Shown here: positions 9,636-19,654 of the stretch, one piece after another
Layout of the letters: each line of letters starts with the position of its first letter
How positions within the stretch are numbered: position 1 is the stretch's first letter
NCBI GenBank assembly: GCA_963813075.1
Contig: CAWEXU010000030.1
Location: 224,001-288,000, forward strand
Direction of reading: 5' to 3'
Origin: Methanotrichaceae archaeon
GTDB taxonomy: Archaea; Halobacteriota; Methanosarcinia; Methanotrichales; Methanotrichaceae
DNA: 64,000 nt
Made by a program: the position numbers and the translations under genes
The notes under the pieces: generated by a model
What the model was told of the DNA's origin: nothing
Database searches by the model: none
The model's input: the letters and a program-made list of their open reading frames with translations, nothing else

Positions 9636-10769
9636 TTATTGATCCAGCCGGCTGAGGATCTCCTCCGGCTCATAGCGCACCCGGATGATACGGCTTCGCC
9701 CCCGCTCACCCTGCCCGGTAAAATCGGCATTTATAAGCCGGATCGCATCCAGCTTATTCAGGATCTCATGAAATCGGGTGTATCCCGCGCCCGTCTTCTC
9801 ATGAAAGAGGCGGAACAGCTCCCCTGCGCGCCAGCTCTCCTGGAGGGTGGCCATGCGCAAGACCTCTATCTCATCGGCCTTCAGCGATTTCAGGGCATAA
9901 GTTAGGTGGACTAACCGGGAGCGATCAAGCGAGCTGGCCACGTCCTCAGCGGATATGCTCTTGGAGGCGCGCTTTTCTGCATTAAGGCCCGCCCTCTTAA
10001 GAAGGTCAATCCCCACCCTCAGGTCTCCGGACTTCTCCGTATGGTCGACCACCGTCTCCAGGATATCGTCGGCAATCACCCCCGGATAGAAGCCCATCTG
10101 CACCCTGCGGCTCAGGATGTCCCGGATCTCAGTGCGACTATAGAGGGGAAACACCACCTCCTCCGCCTGGAAGACGGAGACCACCCGGGGGTCGAGAACA
10201 TAGTTCAAAGCCAGCTCGCTCATGATGCCGATCACACCCATCCTGGCGCCGGGACAGGTCTCGTGCGCCCGGAGAAGGGAGTAAAGGACATGGTCGATCT
10301 CCTTTTCAGGAAAGAGGTAGTTTATGTCATCTAAAGCTACAATCAGCACCTTATCCTCATCTGCCGAATGCTGGGCCACCTTCTCGAAGACCCGCTTGAA
10401 AGAGATTCCGCTGGATGGAGGGGCGTGCTCGAAGATCTTCTTGTAAAGCTGGTAGAATACCGCATATCTGGTGGAGTCCATCTGGCAGTTGACATGCACC
10501 GGGACGATGCGGGAGGAATGGGCCTCGATCTCCTCGAAGAGCTTGAAGATGGCAGTGGTCTTTCCCGTTCCCGGCGGTCCCAGACAGAGGGCATTTATCG
10601 GCCTGCCCCCCTGCAAAGCTGGCCGGATGCAGAACTTGAGGCTGTCTAGTTGCTTTTCTCTATGGAGGAACTGGTCGGGCAGGTGATCTAGCTCGAAGAT
10701 GTCCCTGTCCTTGAAGAGAGTCTCCTCCCAGAGGAGCATATCCGGTTTTTTAGTTCTTTCTGGACTCAC
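9636..10769 (-). CDS. cdc6: Orc1/Cdc6 replication initiator
   Basis: Walker A GPPGTGKT; HREKQL; GDLRVGIDLL; C-terminal winged helix with GRSR. Confidence 0.95.
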   Translation of the reverse strand: MSPERTKKPDMLLWEETLFKDRDIFELDHLPDQFLHREKQLDSLKFCIRPALQGGRPINALCLGPPGTGKTTAIFKLFEEIEAHSSRIVPVHVNCQMDSTRYAVFYQLYKKIFEHAPPSSGISFKRVFEKVAQHSADEDKVLIVALDDINYLFPEKEIDHVLYSLLRAHETCPGARMGVIGIMSELALNYVLDPRVVSVFQAEEVVFPLYSRTEIRDILSRRVQMGFYPGVIADDILETVVDHTEKSGDLRVGIDLLKRAGLNAEKRASKSISAEDVASSLDRSRLVHLTYALKSLKADEIEVLRMATLQESWRAGELFRLFHEKTGAGYTRFHEILNKLDAIRLINADFTGQGERGRSRIIRVRYEPEEILSRLDQ

Positions 10770-12670
10770 TGACTCAGTATATTTTGTATTTCCTTCTTCA
10801 ATATGGCGCTCACCAGGGCGCCATCCGCCTTGCCCCTGAGCTCTTTCATCACCAGGCCCATGAGAGGAGCAGCGGCCCTATCCCCTTTGGAGCGCACCAG
10901 ATCGGCCTTATCCGCCACGATGGCCTGGACAATGCTTGCCACACCTGCTTCGTCCACCCCGGCCAGACCGGCGGCAGCAGCCCCTTCCGCCGCGGATGCA
11001 TCCGGTTGTTCCGCCAGGGCGCGAAACAGATCATCCAGCCCCTCCTTGGCGATCCTGCCGGCAGCCACCAGCCCCAGGGCGTCCTTGAAATGCTGCTCAG
11101 AGAGAGCGGATATGTCCACGCCCTCTCGTGCCAGCTCGATTGGAATCGTCTCCAGCGCCCGGACCACAATGGAGGGCGAAAGCTGGATCTGGGATACGAT
11201 CTCCTCGAAGAGCTGATAGTTGGGGGAGGCGGCCATCACCCCGGCCAGCTCAGAGTTCAAGCCATAATCGCGGCCAAAGCGCTCCGACCGGGCTAAGAAG
11301 AGTTCAGGAAGCTCAAGGCCTTCCAGCATCTGCTCGGTGATCGCCACCGAGGGCACATCCGTCTCCGGATACATCCTGGCCGAGCCGGGGAGAGGCCGCA
11401 TATACTCCGAGCAGCCGTTGGGAAGGGCGCGGCGCGTCTCCTCCGGCACCATTTCCAGAGCCTCCCTCGCCCGGACCAGCACCGCATCCATAGCCTTTCT
11501 GGCCCGATCCTCCGGTCCGGTGACCATGATCACGGCATAATTCTCTCCTGCTTGAAGTTGATCTCTCACCAACTGGACCTCAGCAGCGGTCACACCATAG
11601 GCAGGCAACTCATCGCTGTGAAAGATTCCCCCCACCCCCGCCCTCTTGGCCCGATCGGACATCTCTGAGCCCAGCCTCCTGCCCGGCTGGACCTCACTGC
11701 CCACCAATCCGGCAAATCCCGCCAGCCTAGAGGCCAGGACCACTCCGCCGTTCTTGATGGATCTGGCCAGGACCTTGGAATCGGTCTGGGAGAAGAGCGA
11801 AGTAACATCAAATATGGTGTCGTCAACTGCTGCCTTTCGCCTTCTCAGCTCATCTTTGATCCCGAGCAGCCTGAACTGGCGGAGAGCCTCCAATTCCACG
11901 ATCTTGTCCACCAGGTTCAGAGTCTGAACTCCCTTTACCTCCACCCGCGCTCCGCCTTTGATGGAGACGTTCACATCCTGGCGGATGGTGCCCAGGCCCC
12001 TCTTCACCCGGCCGGTGGAGCGCAGAATCATACCCAGGTATGAGGCCACCTCTCTGGCATGGGCAGGAGAGATGATGTCAGGTGCCGTACCGATCTCCAC
12101 TAAGGGAATGCCCAGCCGGTCGAGGGAGTAGACCAGGCTGTCTCCCCGGTCCTCGATGATCCTTGCCGCCTCCTCCTCCAGACAGAGGATGTCTATTCCC
12201 ACCGGCCCCTGGCTAGTCTCTATGCTCCCTTTGGAGCCGATGTAGGCCGTGCGCTGGAACCCGGAGGTGTTCGAGCCGTCTATCACCATCTTCCTCATGG
12301 TGCAGACCTCATCCACGATCAGCATGTTCAAGAGGCGGGCGATGACCAAAGATATCTTCAGAGCCTCGGGGTTTACCTCGGATGGCGGCTCCTCGTCTGC
12401 TTCCACCAGGCAGGTGGTGTCATAGGACATATAATGGAACTTGCGCGCGACCAAGACCTCCTCCAGGGCGGCACGATCTATCTCCCCCAGCTCGCTTCTC
12501 GAGGGGCGGAGATAGCGGAAAAACTCGAAATTGGAATCCTCTACCTCCCGATGAGCGGTGGGGCAGCCGCAGAAGAGCTTGCAAGCGGTATCCAGCTGCT
12601 GGTGAATCTCAATTCCACATATAAGGCCCAATTGGCGGTAGTCTAATCCAGGAGGGGTATCTGTTGCCAT
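10766..12670 (-). CDS. gatE: Glu-tRNA(Gln) amidotransferase subunit E
   Basis: GIEIHQQL, MRKMVIDGSNTSGFQRT, LDRLGIPLVEI and RMYPETD motifs. Confidence 0.97.
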   Translation of the reverse strand: MATDTPPGLDYRQLGLICGIEIHQQLDTACKLFCGCPTAHREVEDSNFEFFRYLRPSRSELGEIDRAALEEVLVARKFHYMSYDTTCLVEADEEPPSEVNPEALKISLVIARLLNMLIVDEVCTMRKMVIDGSNTSGFQRTAYIGSKGSIETSQGPVGIDILCLEEEAARIIEDRGDSLVYSLDRLGIPLVEIGTAPDIISPAHAREVASYLGMILRSTGRVKRGLGTIRQDVNVSIKGGARVEVKGVQTLNLVDKIVELEALRQFRLLGIKDELRRRKAAVDDTIFDVTSLFSQTDSKVLARSIKNGGVVLASRLAGFAGLVGSEVQPGRRLGSEMSDRAKRAGVGGIFHSDELPAYGVTAAEVQLVRDQLQAGENYAVIMVTGPEDRARKAMDAVLVRAREALEMVPEETRRALPNGCSEYMRPLPGSARMYPETDVPSVAITEQMLEGLELPELFLARSERFGRDYGLNSELAGVMAASPNYQLFEEIVSQIQLSPSIVVRALETIPIELAREGVDISALSEQHFKDALGLVAAGRIAKEGLDDLFRALAEQPDASAAEGAAAAGLAGVDEAGVASIVQAIVADKADLVRSKGDRAAAPLMGLVMKELRGKADGALVSAILKKEIQNILSQ

Positions 12671-12673
12671 CGA

Positions 12674-12904
12674 TCACCTTTCAAGAACCGCGGGAGGTTT
12701 AACTCTTTTGACTGCTTCTCTTATGTCCTCCGCTTTGACCGTCTTCCTCTTGGCATGGTTCGCCCAGCCCGCGGCCTCCCGGGCCACTTCCAGGCCATAG
12801 CTCTCCAGAACCTCTGCCAGCGCATCTCTTGCGCCCTCGCTCACTCTCTTAGCCCCCGCCTCGCGGATGAGTCTGCTCACCGGGGCAACAGGAAGTATTG
12901 GCAT
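12674..12904 (-). CDS. Archaeal histone (HMf family)
   Basis: LPVAPV.R...AGA.RVS...HA.RKTVKAEDI histone fold; GAGGTGA RBS. Confidence 0.95.
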   Translation of the reverse strand: MPILPVAPVSRLIREAGAKRVSEGARDALAEVLESYGLEVAREAAGWANHAKRKTVKAEDIREAVKRVKPPAVLER

Positions 12905-13238
12905 ATCTTGTTCACCTCATAAATCCGGATAATGCAGCCAGAAGGGCTTTATTTTGAGCCCAACTGGACTTACAAGCCAGAATATGGCTTTTAGTGAGCT
13001 TTAGTACCATATATATTTTTTGTTTGGTCAATGATCTTCATTTATTTGGAAAAAAATGATAATTTGTCCAATTATTGATTTTTAATGTGAAAACAGCTTA
13101 TTGGATTGCATCTTTATGGATCTTATCGATATAATCCCGTCATTTTGAATATTAAGCCAGAAAAATGGGAAATACCGAAAAAGTGGACGGGAAATGTTAT
13201 TTAGCTTGCCGAAATATCAGGAATAAGAGGAGTGGAAG

Positions 13239-13574
13239 ATGAGCGAGCGTTTATGCAAGGCAATCATTTATGTTGATTTCGAGGATGTATACGGCCCCTG
13301 CGGCTGCGGCATGACCCTGGCCACGTTGCCGGTCCTCCTTCCCCGGGACTGGGTGGTGCTGGAGCGGCCCCCAGAAGCGGAATGCGATGACTTCTGCAAG
13401 GGGCTGGATTACCGCAGGGTCTCGGGAATGAGCTGCAACAACATCTTTGAGCATGAGATGGAGGGAAAGGAGTATATGGCTAACTTCTCCTGCTGCCAGG
13501 AGTGCGCAGAGAAGGCAGTGGCTCGAGGGTATGCAATCTGGTGCAAAAAATCCTATCCCATGGCGCTGCGCTGA
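13239..13574 (+). CDS. Cys-rich hypothetical protein
   Basis: GAGGAG RBS; 10 Cys in 111 aa (CGC, CxxxC, CCxxC). Confidence 0.7.
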   Translation: MSERLCKAIIYVDFEDVYGPCGCGMTLATLPVLLPRDWVVLERPPEAECDDFCKGLDYRRVSGMSCNNIFEHEMEGKEYMANFSCCQECAEKAVARGYAIWCKKSYPMALR

Positions 13575-13643
13575 ACCTTCCATAATCCTTCAGCCACAAC
13601 TCTAATATTTTGCAGCGTCTAAGTCACTGGACGAGGTATCTAA

Positions 13644-13892
13644 TTGGCCTATAAAATTTATTCCACCAAATCCTGCCCCAAATGCGAGCAGCTCAAAGCG
13701 GCCCTGGGAAAAGCAGGCATTGCCTTTGAGAGCATCGATATGAGCACTCCGGAGGCACTCACCGAGCTGCGCATAAATGGCGTGTTCACCCTCTCCGCCC
13801 CGGTCCTCCAGGTGGAGGAGAACTTCTATACCGTCGATGACCTGTTCACGGGCGAAGCTCTCCGCGATCTGGCAGGCATCCTCAGGGGCTAG
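13644..13892 (+). CDS. Glutaredoxin/NrdH-like redoxin
   Basis: CPKC active site; SAPVL cis-Pro loop; GAGGT RBS with TTG start. Confidence 0.85.
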   Translation: MAYKIYSTKSCPKCEQLKAALGKAGIAFESIDMSTPEALTELRINGVFTLSAPVLQVEENFYTVDDLFTGEALRDLAGILRG

Positions 13893-14554
13893 AACTCCCT
13901 CCCCCTCACCCGGGCGATATCGAAGACCGCCGTGCTCGCCACATGCATCACGGCAAATGTGCCTGCCTGAATGGGATCTGTGACCACCATATCCGCCTGG
14001 CCGGGAACTGAGCCCGCCATCTTCAGAGCGATAACCGGTATTCCCTCCTCCTGAAGCCGGGCCACCTCCTGGGTGATCCTCCCTCCCATAAGAGCTCCCG
14101 CCAGAACCAGAATGCTGGCCCTGGGCAGCCGGCTCACAGCGCTGACCGCGTCAGCGATGGCCCCTTCTCCCACCAGGGGGATGGTGTCCACGCTGATCCT
14201 CTCCCCCCGCAGGTTATGCCGGTCGGCCTCATTCACCGCCCCCACCGCCACCTGGGCCACCTGGGCCCCGCCTCCGATTATTATCACACGGGATCCGTAG
14301 ATCTTCTCAAAAGGAGCATGGACTGACACCTCGAATATGGAATCAAATCCCTCCAGCTCCTCGACCATATCGCTAACCTCCTTTTGGAAGCTGTCGATCT
14401 CCATATAAACTGAGGCTTTGCCGCTGTTTATACCCCTTTCCACCACAAACTGCTGGGTGTAGATTATGTTTCCACCCCTCTTGGCCACCACGCCGGCAAT
14501 ATCGCGCAGCATTCCCGGACGGTCCAGACAGATCACATTTATCGCTATGCTCAT
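13889..14554 (-). CDS. ACT-domain protein (DUF5612 type, methanogen-conserved)
   Basis: DRPGML...GGNI ACT domain; GGGAQVAQVA.GA..EADRHNLRGERISVDTIP. Confidence 0.85.
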   Translation of the reverse strand: MSIAINVICLDRPGMLRDIAGVVAKRGGNIIYTQQFVVERGINSGKASVYMEIDSFQKEVSDMVEELEGFDSIFEVSVHAPFEKIYGSRVIIIGGGAQVAQVAVGAVNEADRHNLRGERISVDTIPLVGEGAIADAVSAVSRLPRASILVLAGALMGGRITQEVARLQEEGIPVIALKMAGSVPGQADMVVTDPIQAGTFAVMHVASTAVFDIARVRGREF

Positions 14555-14638
14555 TTCTCGCCTCTGTGCTATTTCGCTCTATTTTCGCCATTTATGCACC
14601 TGGCAAACTTTAATATGACGAGTGCTAACCCCTAATCG

Positions 14639-14947
14639 ATGGAATTTTGTCCCCAATGCAAGAGCATGATGATGCCCAAAGATGGAATGATGGTCTGCCG
14701 CAAGTGCGGCCACAAACTGCCCAAAGCCGCGGGCGAGGGCTTGGTCAGCAAGACAAAGCAGCTCTCTCGCGTGGTGCCGGTATTGGAGCAGGAATCAGCC
14801 GGCCTTCCCACCACCTCCGCCCGCTGTCCGGAGTGCGGTAACAATGTCGCTTACTGGTGGCTGCGCCAGCTGCGCAGTGCCGATGAGAGCGAGGTTCGCT
14901 TTTTCCGCTGCACCAAATGCAACAATACCTGGCGAGAGTATGACTAA
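14639..14947 (+). CDS. tfs: Transcription factor S
   Basis: Two zinc ribbons; QLRSADE catalytic hairpin. Confidence 0.95.
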   Translation: MEFCPQCKSMMMPKDGMMVCRKCGHKLPKAAGEGLVSKTKQLSRVVPVLEQESAGLPTTSARCPECGNNVAYWWLRQLRSADESEVRFFRCTKCNNTWREYD

Positions 14948-14997
14948 GCATCAACTATATTAAATATTAAATTGTCTTTCTCCAGGAGGCTCAAGGA

Positions 14998-15732
14998 ATG
15001 TTCAAGGCAGTAATCAATGCAGAAACTCTGCGCGATGCAATCGACTCAGTCTCTTCTCTCGTGGATGAGGTTAAGTTCTCCATATCGGAAAATGGTCTGG
15101 AGCTGAAGGCAGTAGATCCTGCGAACGTGGCCATGGTATCCCTCAAGATAGGCAGCGATGCCTTCGAGTACTTCAAGGCCGATCAAGGCGAGATCGGCGT
15201 GGACCTGGTTCGCTTAAGCGATGTCTTGAGCATGGCCGATAAGGGTGAGAATGTGCAGCTGGAGCTGGACGAGGAGAGCCACAAGCTGAAGATCGGCGTG
15301 GGTTCCCTTTCCTATACCCTAAGCCTTATCGATCCCACGGCCATAAGGAAGGAACCGCGCATCCCCGATCTGGACCTGCCGGCTCATGTGACATTGGCAG
15401 GCACGGAATTGAGAAGAGCGGTGAAAGCGGCGGAAAAGGTGAGCGACCACGTGATACTGGGCGTCTCTGATGAGGGCTTTTATATGGAGGCCAAGGGGGA
15501 TATCGATTCCCTCAAGCTCAAGATCCCCAGCACTGAGCTCTTAGGCATGAAGCCGGGCGAGGCGAGAAGCCTCTTCTCTCTGGACTATCTGGAAGATATG
15601 TCAAAGTCCATCAGCAAAGCGGGAGAGGTCACCTTAGAGATGGGCATAGACTACCCTTTGCGAGTGAAATTCAAGCTCGGCCAGTCTGTGGATATCAACT
15701 ATCTCCTCGCCCCCCGCATTGAGCAGGAATGA
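14998..15732 (+). CDS. pcn: DNA sliding clamp PCNA
   Basis: AVDPANVAMV, SLFSLDYL and LLAPRIE motifs. Confidence 0.97.
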   Translation: MFKAVINAETLRDAIDSVSSLVDEVKFSISENGLELKAVDPANVAMVSLKIGSDAFEYFKADQGEIGVDLVRLSDVLSMADKGENVQLELDEESHKLKIGVGSLSYTLSLIDPTAIRKEPRIPDLDLPAHVTLAGTELRRAVKAAEKVSDHVILGVSDEGFYMEAKGDIDSLKLKIPSTELLGMKPGEARSLFSLDYLEDMSKSISKAGEVTLEMGIDYPLRVKFKLGQSVDINYLLAPRIEQE

Positions 15733-16751
15733 AGGTATCGGACTATCCTTTTACCCAAGAAGCGGCAGATGCTGTTCGCAGCCGAAATATCTCCCTGGAC
15801 AGCCTTCTGGGCAAGTCCCTGTTCAAGACGGTGCGGTCCAGAGCGGCTGAGCGCCTGCGGGGGGCGATCGGTGACGCTATTCCTGAAGGACGGGCTAATA
15901 GCGATGCAGAACAGCTTTTCGAGCTGCTCAGCTATCCGCTGGCCAGGATCATGGTCTCCTGTCTGAACGATCCCATTCTCATGCGTCGTTATGCCCTGGC
16001 AGAGGCGAAGCTGGCCTTCCGGAGGATGCAGGATGAAAAAGAAGGGCTGACCATCCTGGCGAACGACCTGGGAGTCAATCCCCAGGGCACTGGACCCTGG
16101 AAGATCCATTTTTCCGAGTACATCCGGGCGGCGCACCGCATGCATAGCCCCAAATGGAAGCTCACCAACCGCGATCTTGCCGGGGGTTACCTCACGGTCA
16201 CCGATATCGAGCTGAAGCGGCTGCTGGAGGAGGCGATCCGGGAGAAGGTCCTCAAGGGGCTGCCCGTATCCGTGGACGAGAATATCTGCCAGGGCCTGGA
16301 GGAGTATCTGGCCCCGATCAAGAGAGACCTGGAAGATCTAAAGGCCCGGCAGAAGGTGGATTTGGGTGAGGTCAAAGAAGGGGCCTTCCCCCCATGCATC
16401 CAGAAAATGCTCTCCGAGGTGGCCAGGGGAGTTAACCTGGCCCATAGCGCTCGATTTGCCCTGGTCAGCTTCCTCTTGCAGATCAATATGACCCCGGCGG
16501 AGGTGATCGCCCTCTTTGCCACCAGCCCGGACTTCGACCAGGAGCGCACCCGCTACCAGGTCGAGCATATCGCCGGGGCGACAGGGACCCGCTACAAGCC
16601 GCCTGCCTGTGCCACCATGGCCACCTACGGCAACTGCCCGGGGGAGGACGACCTCTGCCGGAGGGTTCGCCATCCTCTAAGCTACTATGAACGAAGGGCA
16701 GGGATGCTCAAACCGGGACCTATAGCGGCGGCACAGGAAGGGCAGCCATAA
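15729..16751 (+). CDS. priL: DNA primase large subunit
   Basis: YPF N-terminus; FPPC, H.ARF, YQVEHI and PPAC.TM Fe-S domain; follows PCNA. Confidence 0.93.
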   Translation: MKVSDYPFTQEAADAVRSRNISLDSLLGKSLFKTVRSRAAERLRGAIGDAIPEGRANSDAEQLFELLSYPLARIMVSCLNDPILMRRYALAEAKLAFRRMQDEKEGLTILANDLGVNPQGTGPWKIHFSEYIRAAHRMHSPKWKLTNRDLAGGYLTVTDIELKRLLEEAIREKVLKGLPVSVDENICQGLEEYLAPIKRDLEDLKARQKVDLGEVKEGAFPPCIQKMLSEVARGVNLAHSARFALVSFLLQINMTPAEVIALFATSPDFDQERTRYQVEHIAGATGTRYKPPACATMATYGNCPGEDDLCRRVRHPLSYYERRAGMLKPGPIAAAQEGQP

Positions 16752-18489
16752 GCGATCGAACACGGGGGTTTCCCAGCCCCTTTGGCCCTGCCAGAAGCAA
16801 CAGCATATCCTCTGCTATCAGCTCAAATTCCAGGCCGGCCTGGCCTGCAGCCTCTCGTTCCCCAAATCCCAGGTCCGCCCGGCCCGAGGCGACGGTGGCC
16901 GCCACCGCAGAGTGGGTCTTGGCCAGGCGGACGTACCTGGGATTGCTGATTCCCAATTCCATCAGGACCAGCTCGAATGCCTCTTTCATGGCCGAATCCC
17001 TCGGCCAGCCCACTATCCTCTGACCGGCCAGGTCGGCCAGAGCGGATCGGTCCCTGTAGATCAGCCCCAGCTCTCTTTTATAACTCCAGATGGCCTTCGC
17101 GTCGCCCTCGATGCCTTCATCCACTGATCCCGAGACTGCTGCCAGGTCTGCTATGCCATCCTCCAGATAGATCCGTCCCCGGTACGAGCCGGTGTTCAAG
17201 AGCATCAGCCTCCAGGGAAGCTCCTCGGCCAGCTGCTCGAGGAATAGGGTATTCTCTCCCGCCACCACCAGACAGGGAGCCTGGGTGGAAGAGAAGAGCC
17301 GGACCTGGACTGGAGATCCTCCCTCCAGGAACTCCACTCCCGCCGGAATCTCAATCACACCGTCCGCCAGGGCTAATGTGGTGATCGAGCCGCTGCCCTT
17401 GTCCACCGGATAAACCAGCTCCCCGGAAATGCCCACGGCGAGCATCTGCTGCCTTCCTTCTGTGCGCAGCGGCCCAGCCAGCCTTCCTGCCGTTTTGTTC
17501 TCAGAGTGCCCCAGACCCAGGGCAGAGCGTATGAATGGTGCGGCCAGCTCGGCAAATACAGTCAGAGCGCTGGTGGGATAACCGGGCAGACCGAGACAGG
17601 GCTTGCCCCGGATCATCCCGAAGATGGTGGGCTTTCCCGGCTTGAGGTTCACCCCGTGGAATATCAGCTCCCCGATCTCCTCTAAAACCCGATAGATCAT
17701 ATCCCCGGCCCCGGCAGAGGTGCTGCCGCTCACCAGGATCATATCGCACTCATCTGCCATCCTCTCCAGTGTCTGTGCCATCCGTTCTCTCTCGTCAGGG
17801 AGGATGCCATAGCTCCGGGCATGAGCACCACAATCCTGGACCCCTGCCGCTATGGTGTAGCTGTTGATATCATAGATCTGGCCTGCCGAGAGAGCCTGGC
17901 CGGGGGGTATGAGCTCTGCTCCGGTTGAGGCCAGGCCCACCTCCAGGCTCCGCACCCGGACGCACTCTCTGCCCAGAGCGGCCAGAACCCCTATCTCCCG
18001 CGCCCCAATTGGCGTTCCGGGAAAGAGAACTGCTTCACCAAAGGATATGTCGCTTCCCGCGGCCTGAACGTTCTCCCCACTATAGACCGGCCTTCTGATG
18101 AGAACCTGACCGTCCTGGAACTGGGAGTACTCGATCATTACCACGGCATCTGCCCCGTCAGGCATCATGGAGCCGGTGGAGACCTCTGCCGCCTCGCCCG
18201 GTGAGATCTGCAGATCTGGCCTCCTGCCCATGGGCACCGATCCCGCCAGGTGCAGGGAGATCGGCCGGTCCTCTCTGGCCTCGATTGTGTCCAGAGAGAT
18301 GACCGCATAGCCGTCCATAGAGGCGCGACTAAAGCCGGGGACATCCAGGGTGGACACCACCTTCTCCGCCAGGACGCTTCCTAAAGAGGAGCCTAAGGCA
18401 GCAGACCTCTCACCGGGTTTTGGCAGGTGGTCCAAGATGATCGATTTGGCTTCCTGCAATGAAATCAGGCTTCGAAACTCCTTGGGCAT
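16720..18489 (-). CDS. moeA: Molybdopterin molybdotransferase MoeA with C-terminal PBP-like domain
   Basis: RASMDGYAV, SGSTSAG, KPGKPT and GLPGYPTS motifs; THSAVAA...GRADLG PBP motif. Confidence 0.9.
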   Translation of the reverse strand: MPKEFRSLISLQEAKSIILDHLPKPGERSAALGSSLGSVLAEKVVSTLDVPGFSRASMDGYAVISLDTIEAREDRPISLHLAGSVPMGRRPDLQISPGEAAEVSTGSMMPDGADAVVMIEYSQFQDGQVLIRRPVYSGENVQAAGSDISFGEAVLFPGTPIGAREIGVLAALGRECVRVRSLEVGLASTGAELIPPGQALSAGQIYDINSYTIAAGVQDCGAHARSYGILPDERERMAQTLERMADECDMILVSGSTSAGAGDMIYRVLEEIGELIFHGVNLKPGKPTIFGMIRGKPCLGLPGYPTSALTVFAELAAPFIRSALGLGHSENKTAGRLAGPLRTEGRQQMLAVGISGELVYPVDKGSGSITTLALADGVIEIPAGVEFLEGGSPVQVRLFSSTQAPCLVVAGENTLFLEQLAEELPWRLMLLNTGSYRGRIYLEDGIADLAAVSGSVDEGIEGDAKAIWSYKRELGLIYRDRSALADLAGQRIVGWPRDSAMKEAFELVLMELGISNPRYVRLAKTHSAVAATVASGRADLGFGEREAAGQAGLEFELIAEDMLLLLAGPKGLGNPRVRSLMAALPVPPL

Positions 18490-18521
18490 GCTGCCCCGAT
18501 AAGCCCGGAATAGATATAAAA

Positions 18522-19610
18522 TCAGAGCCTTGCCGCTCTCTGGCGCAGCAGGTGGTCTGCCAGGACAATAGCCACCATGGCCTCGGCCACGGGCACCATT
18601 CTGGGAGGTATGGCCGGGTCGTGCCTCCCTTTGATCTCTATCTCTGCATCCAATCCAGTGGCCAGGTCCACAGTATGCTGCTTTTTGGCTATAGACGGGG
18701 TGGGCTTGACTGCGATCCGGCAGAGTATGTCCATACCAGTGGATATGCCGCCCAAAATGCCACCGGCATTGTTGCTCTCAAACCCGACCTTCTCGCCATC
18801 CATACGCAGTGGATCGTTCAATTCGCTTCCCCTCATCCCGGCGCAGCCAAGGCCTGCCCCGATCTCCACCGCCTTTACCGCCCCCAGGCTCATCAGAGCT
18901 TTGGCCAGGTCGGCGTCCAGCTTGTCGAAGACCGGATCCCCCAGGCCCGGAGGCACCCCGCGGGCGATGATCGTCACCATTCCCCCCAGGCTGTCTCCCT
19001 CCTGCCGGACAAGATCCAATTGCTCCATCATCCTCTCTGCCGCCTCCCCGTCCGGGCAGCGAATGGGGTTGGCCTCGGCCGCCGCGCGGAGCCCGGCCAG
19101 ATCACTTGAATCGATATTGGCCCTGACCCCCCCAAGCTCGGAGACATAAGCTATGACCTCCACACCCAAACCCTGCAGCAGCTTTCTGGCCACCGCTCCT
19201 GCGGCCACCCTTCCTGCCGTCTCCCGGGCGGACGACCTGCCTCCGCCCCGATGGTCGCGCCAGCCGTACTTCACCTGATAACAGTAATCGGCATGGCCTG
19301 GCCGGGGCCTATGGCGCAGGAGATCGTAGCTGCTCGAATCTGCATCCCGGTTCCAGATCAGCATGGATATGGGGGTGCCGGTGGTATTTCCCTCGAAAAT
19401 GCCGGACAGTATCTCCACCCGATCCATCTCCGTTCTCTGGGTGGAGGCCCGGCTCTGGCCCGGACGCCTGCGGTCCAGATCCTTTTGAATATCATCTTCC
19501 GTTAGTGCCAGGCCGGCAGGGCAGCCGTCCAGGACCACGCCCACCGCCCGGCCATGGGACTCACCCCAGGTGGTGATGCGAAAGAGGGTTCCAAAGGAGC
19601 TGCCAGACAT
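18522..19610 (-). CDS. aroC: Chorismate synthase
   Basis: [21 protein letters not shown] and GRHDP motifs. Confidence 0.97.
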   Translation of the reverse strand: MSGSSFGTLFRITTWGESHGRAVGVVLDGCPAGLALTEDDIQKDLDRRRPGQSRASTQRTEMDRVEILSGIFEGNTTGTPISMLIWNRDADSSSYDLLRHRPRPGHADYCYQVKYGWRDHRGGGRSSARETAGRVAAGAVARKLLQGLGVEVIAYVSELGGVRANIDSSDLAGLRAAAEANPIRCPDGEAAERMMEQLDLVRQEGDSLGGMVTIIARGVPPGLGDPVFDKLDADLAKALMSLGAVKAVEIGAGLGCAGMRGSELNDPLRMDGEKVGFESNNAGGILGGISTGMDILCRIAVKPTPSIAKKQHTVDLATGLDAEIEIKGRHDPAIPPRMVPVAEAMVAIVLADHLLRQRAARL

Positions 19611-19654
19611 ATTTCATAACCTCGATCAATAACCTCGATATCGTTTTATGCTAT

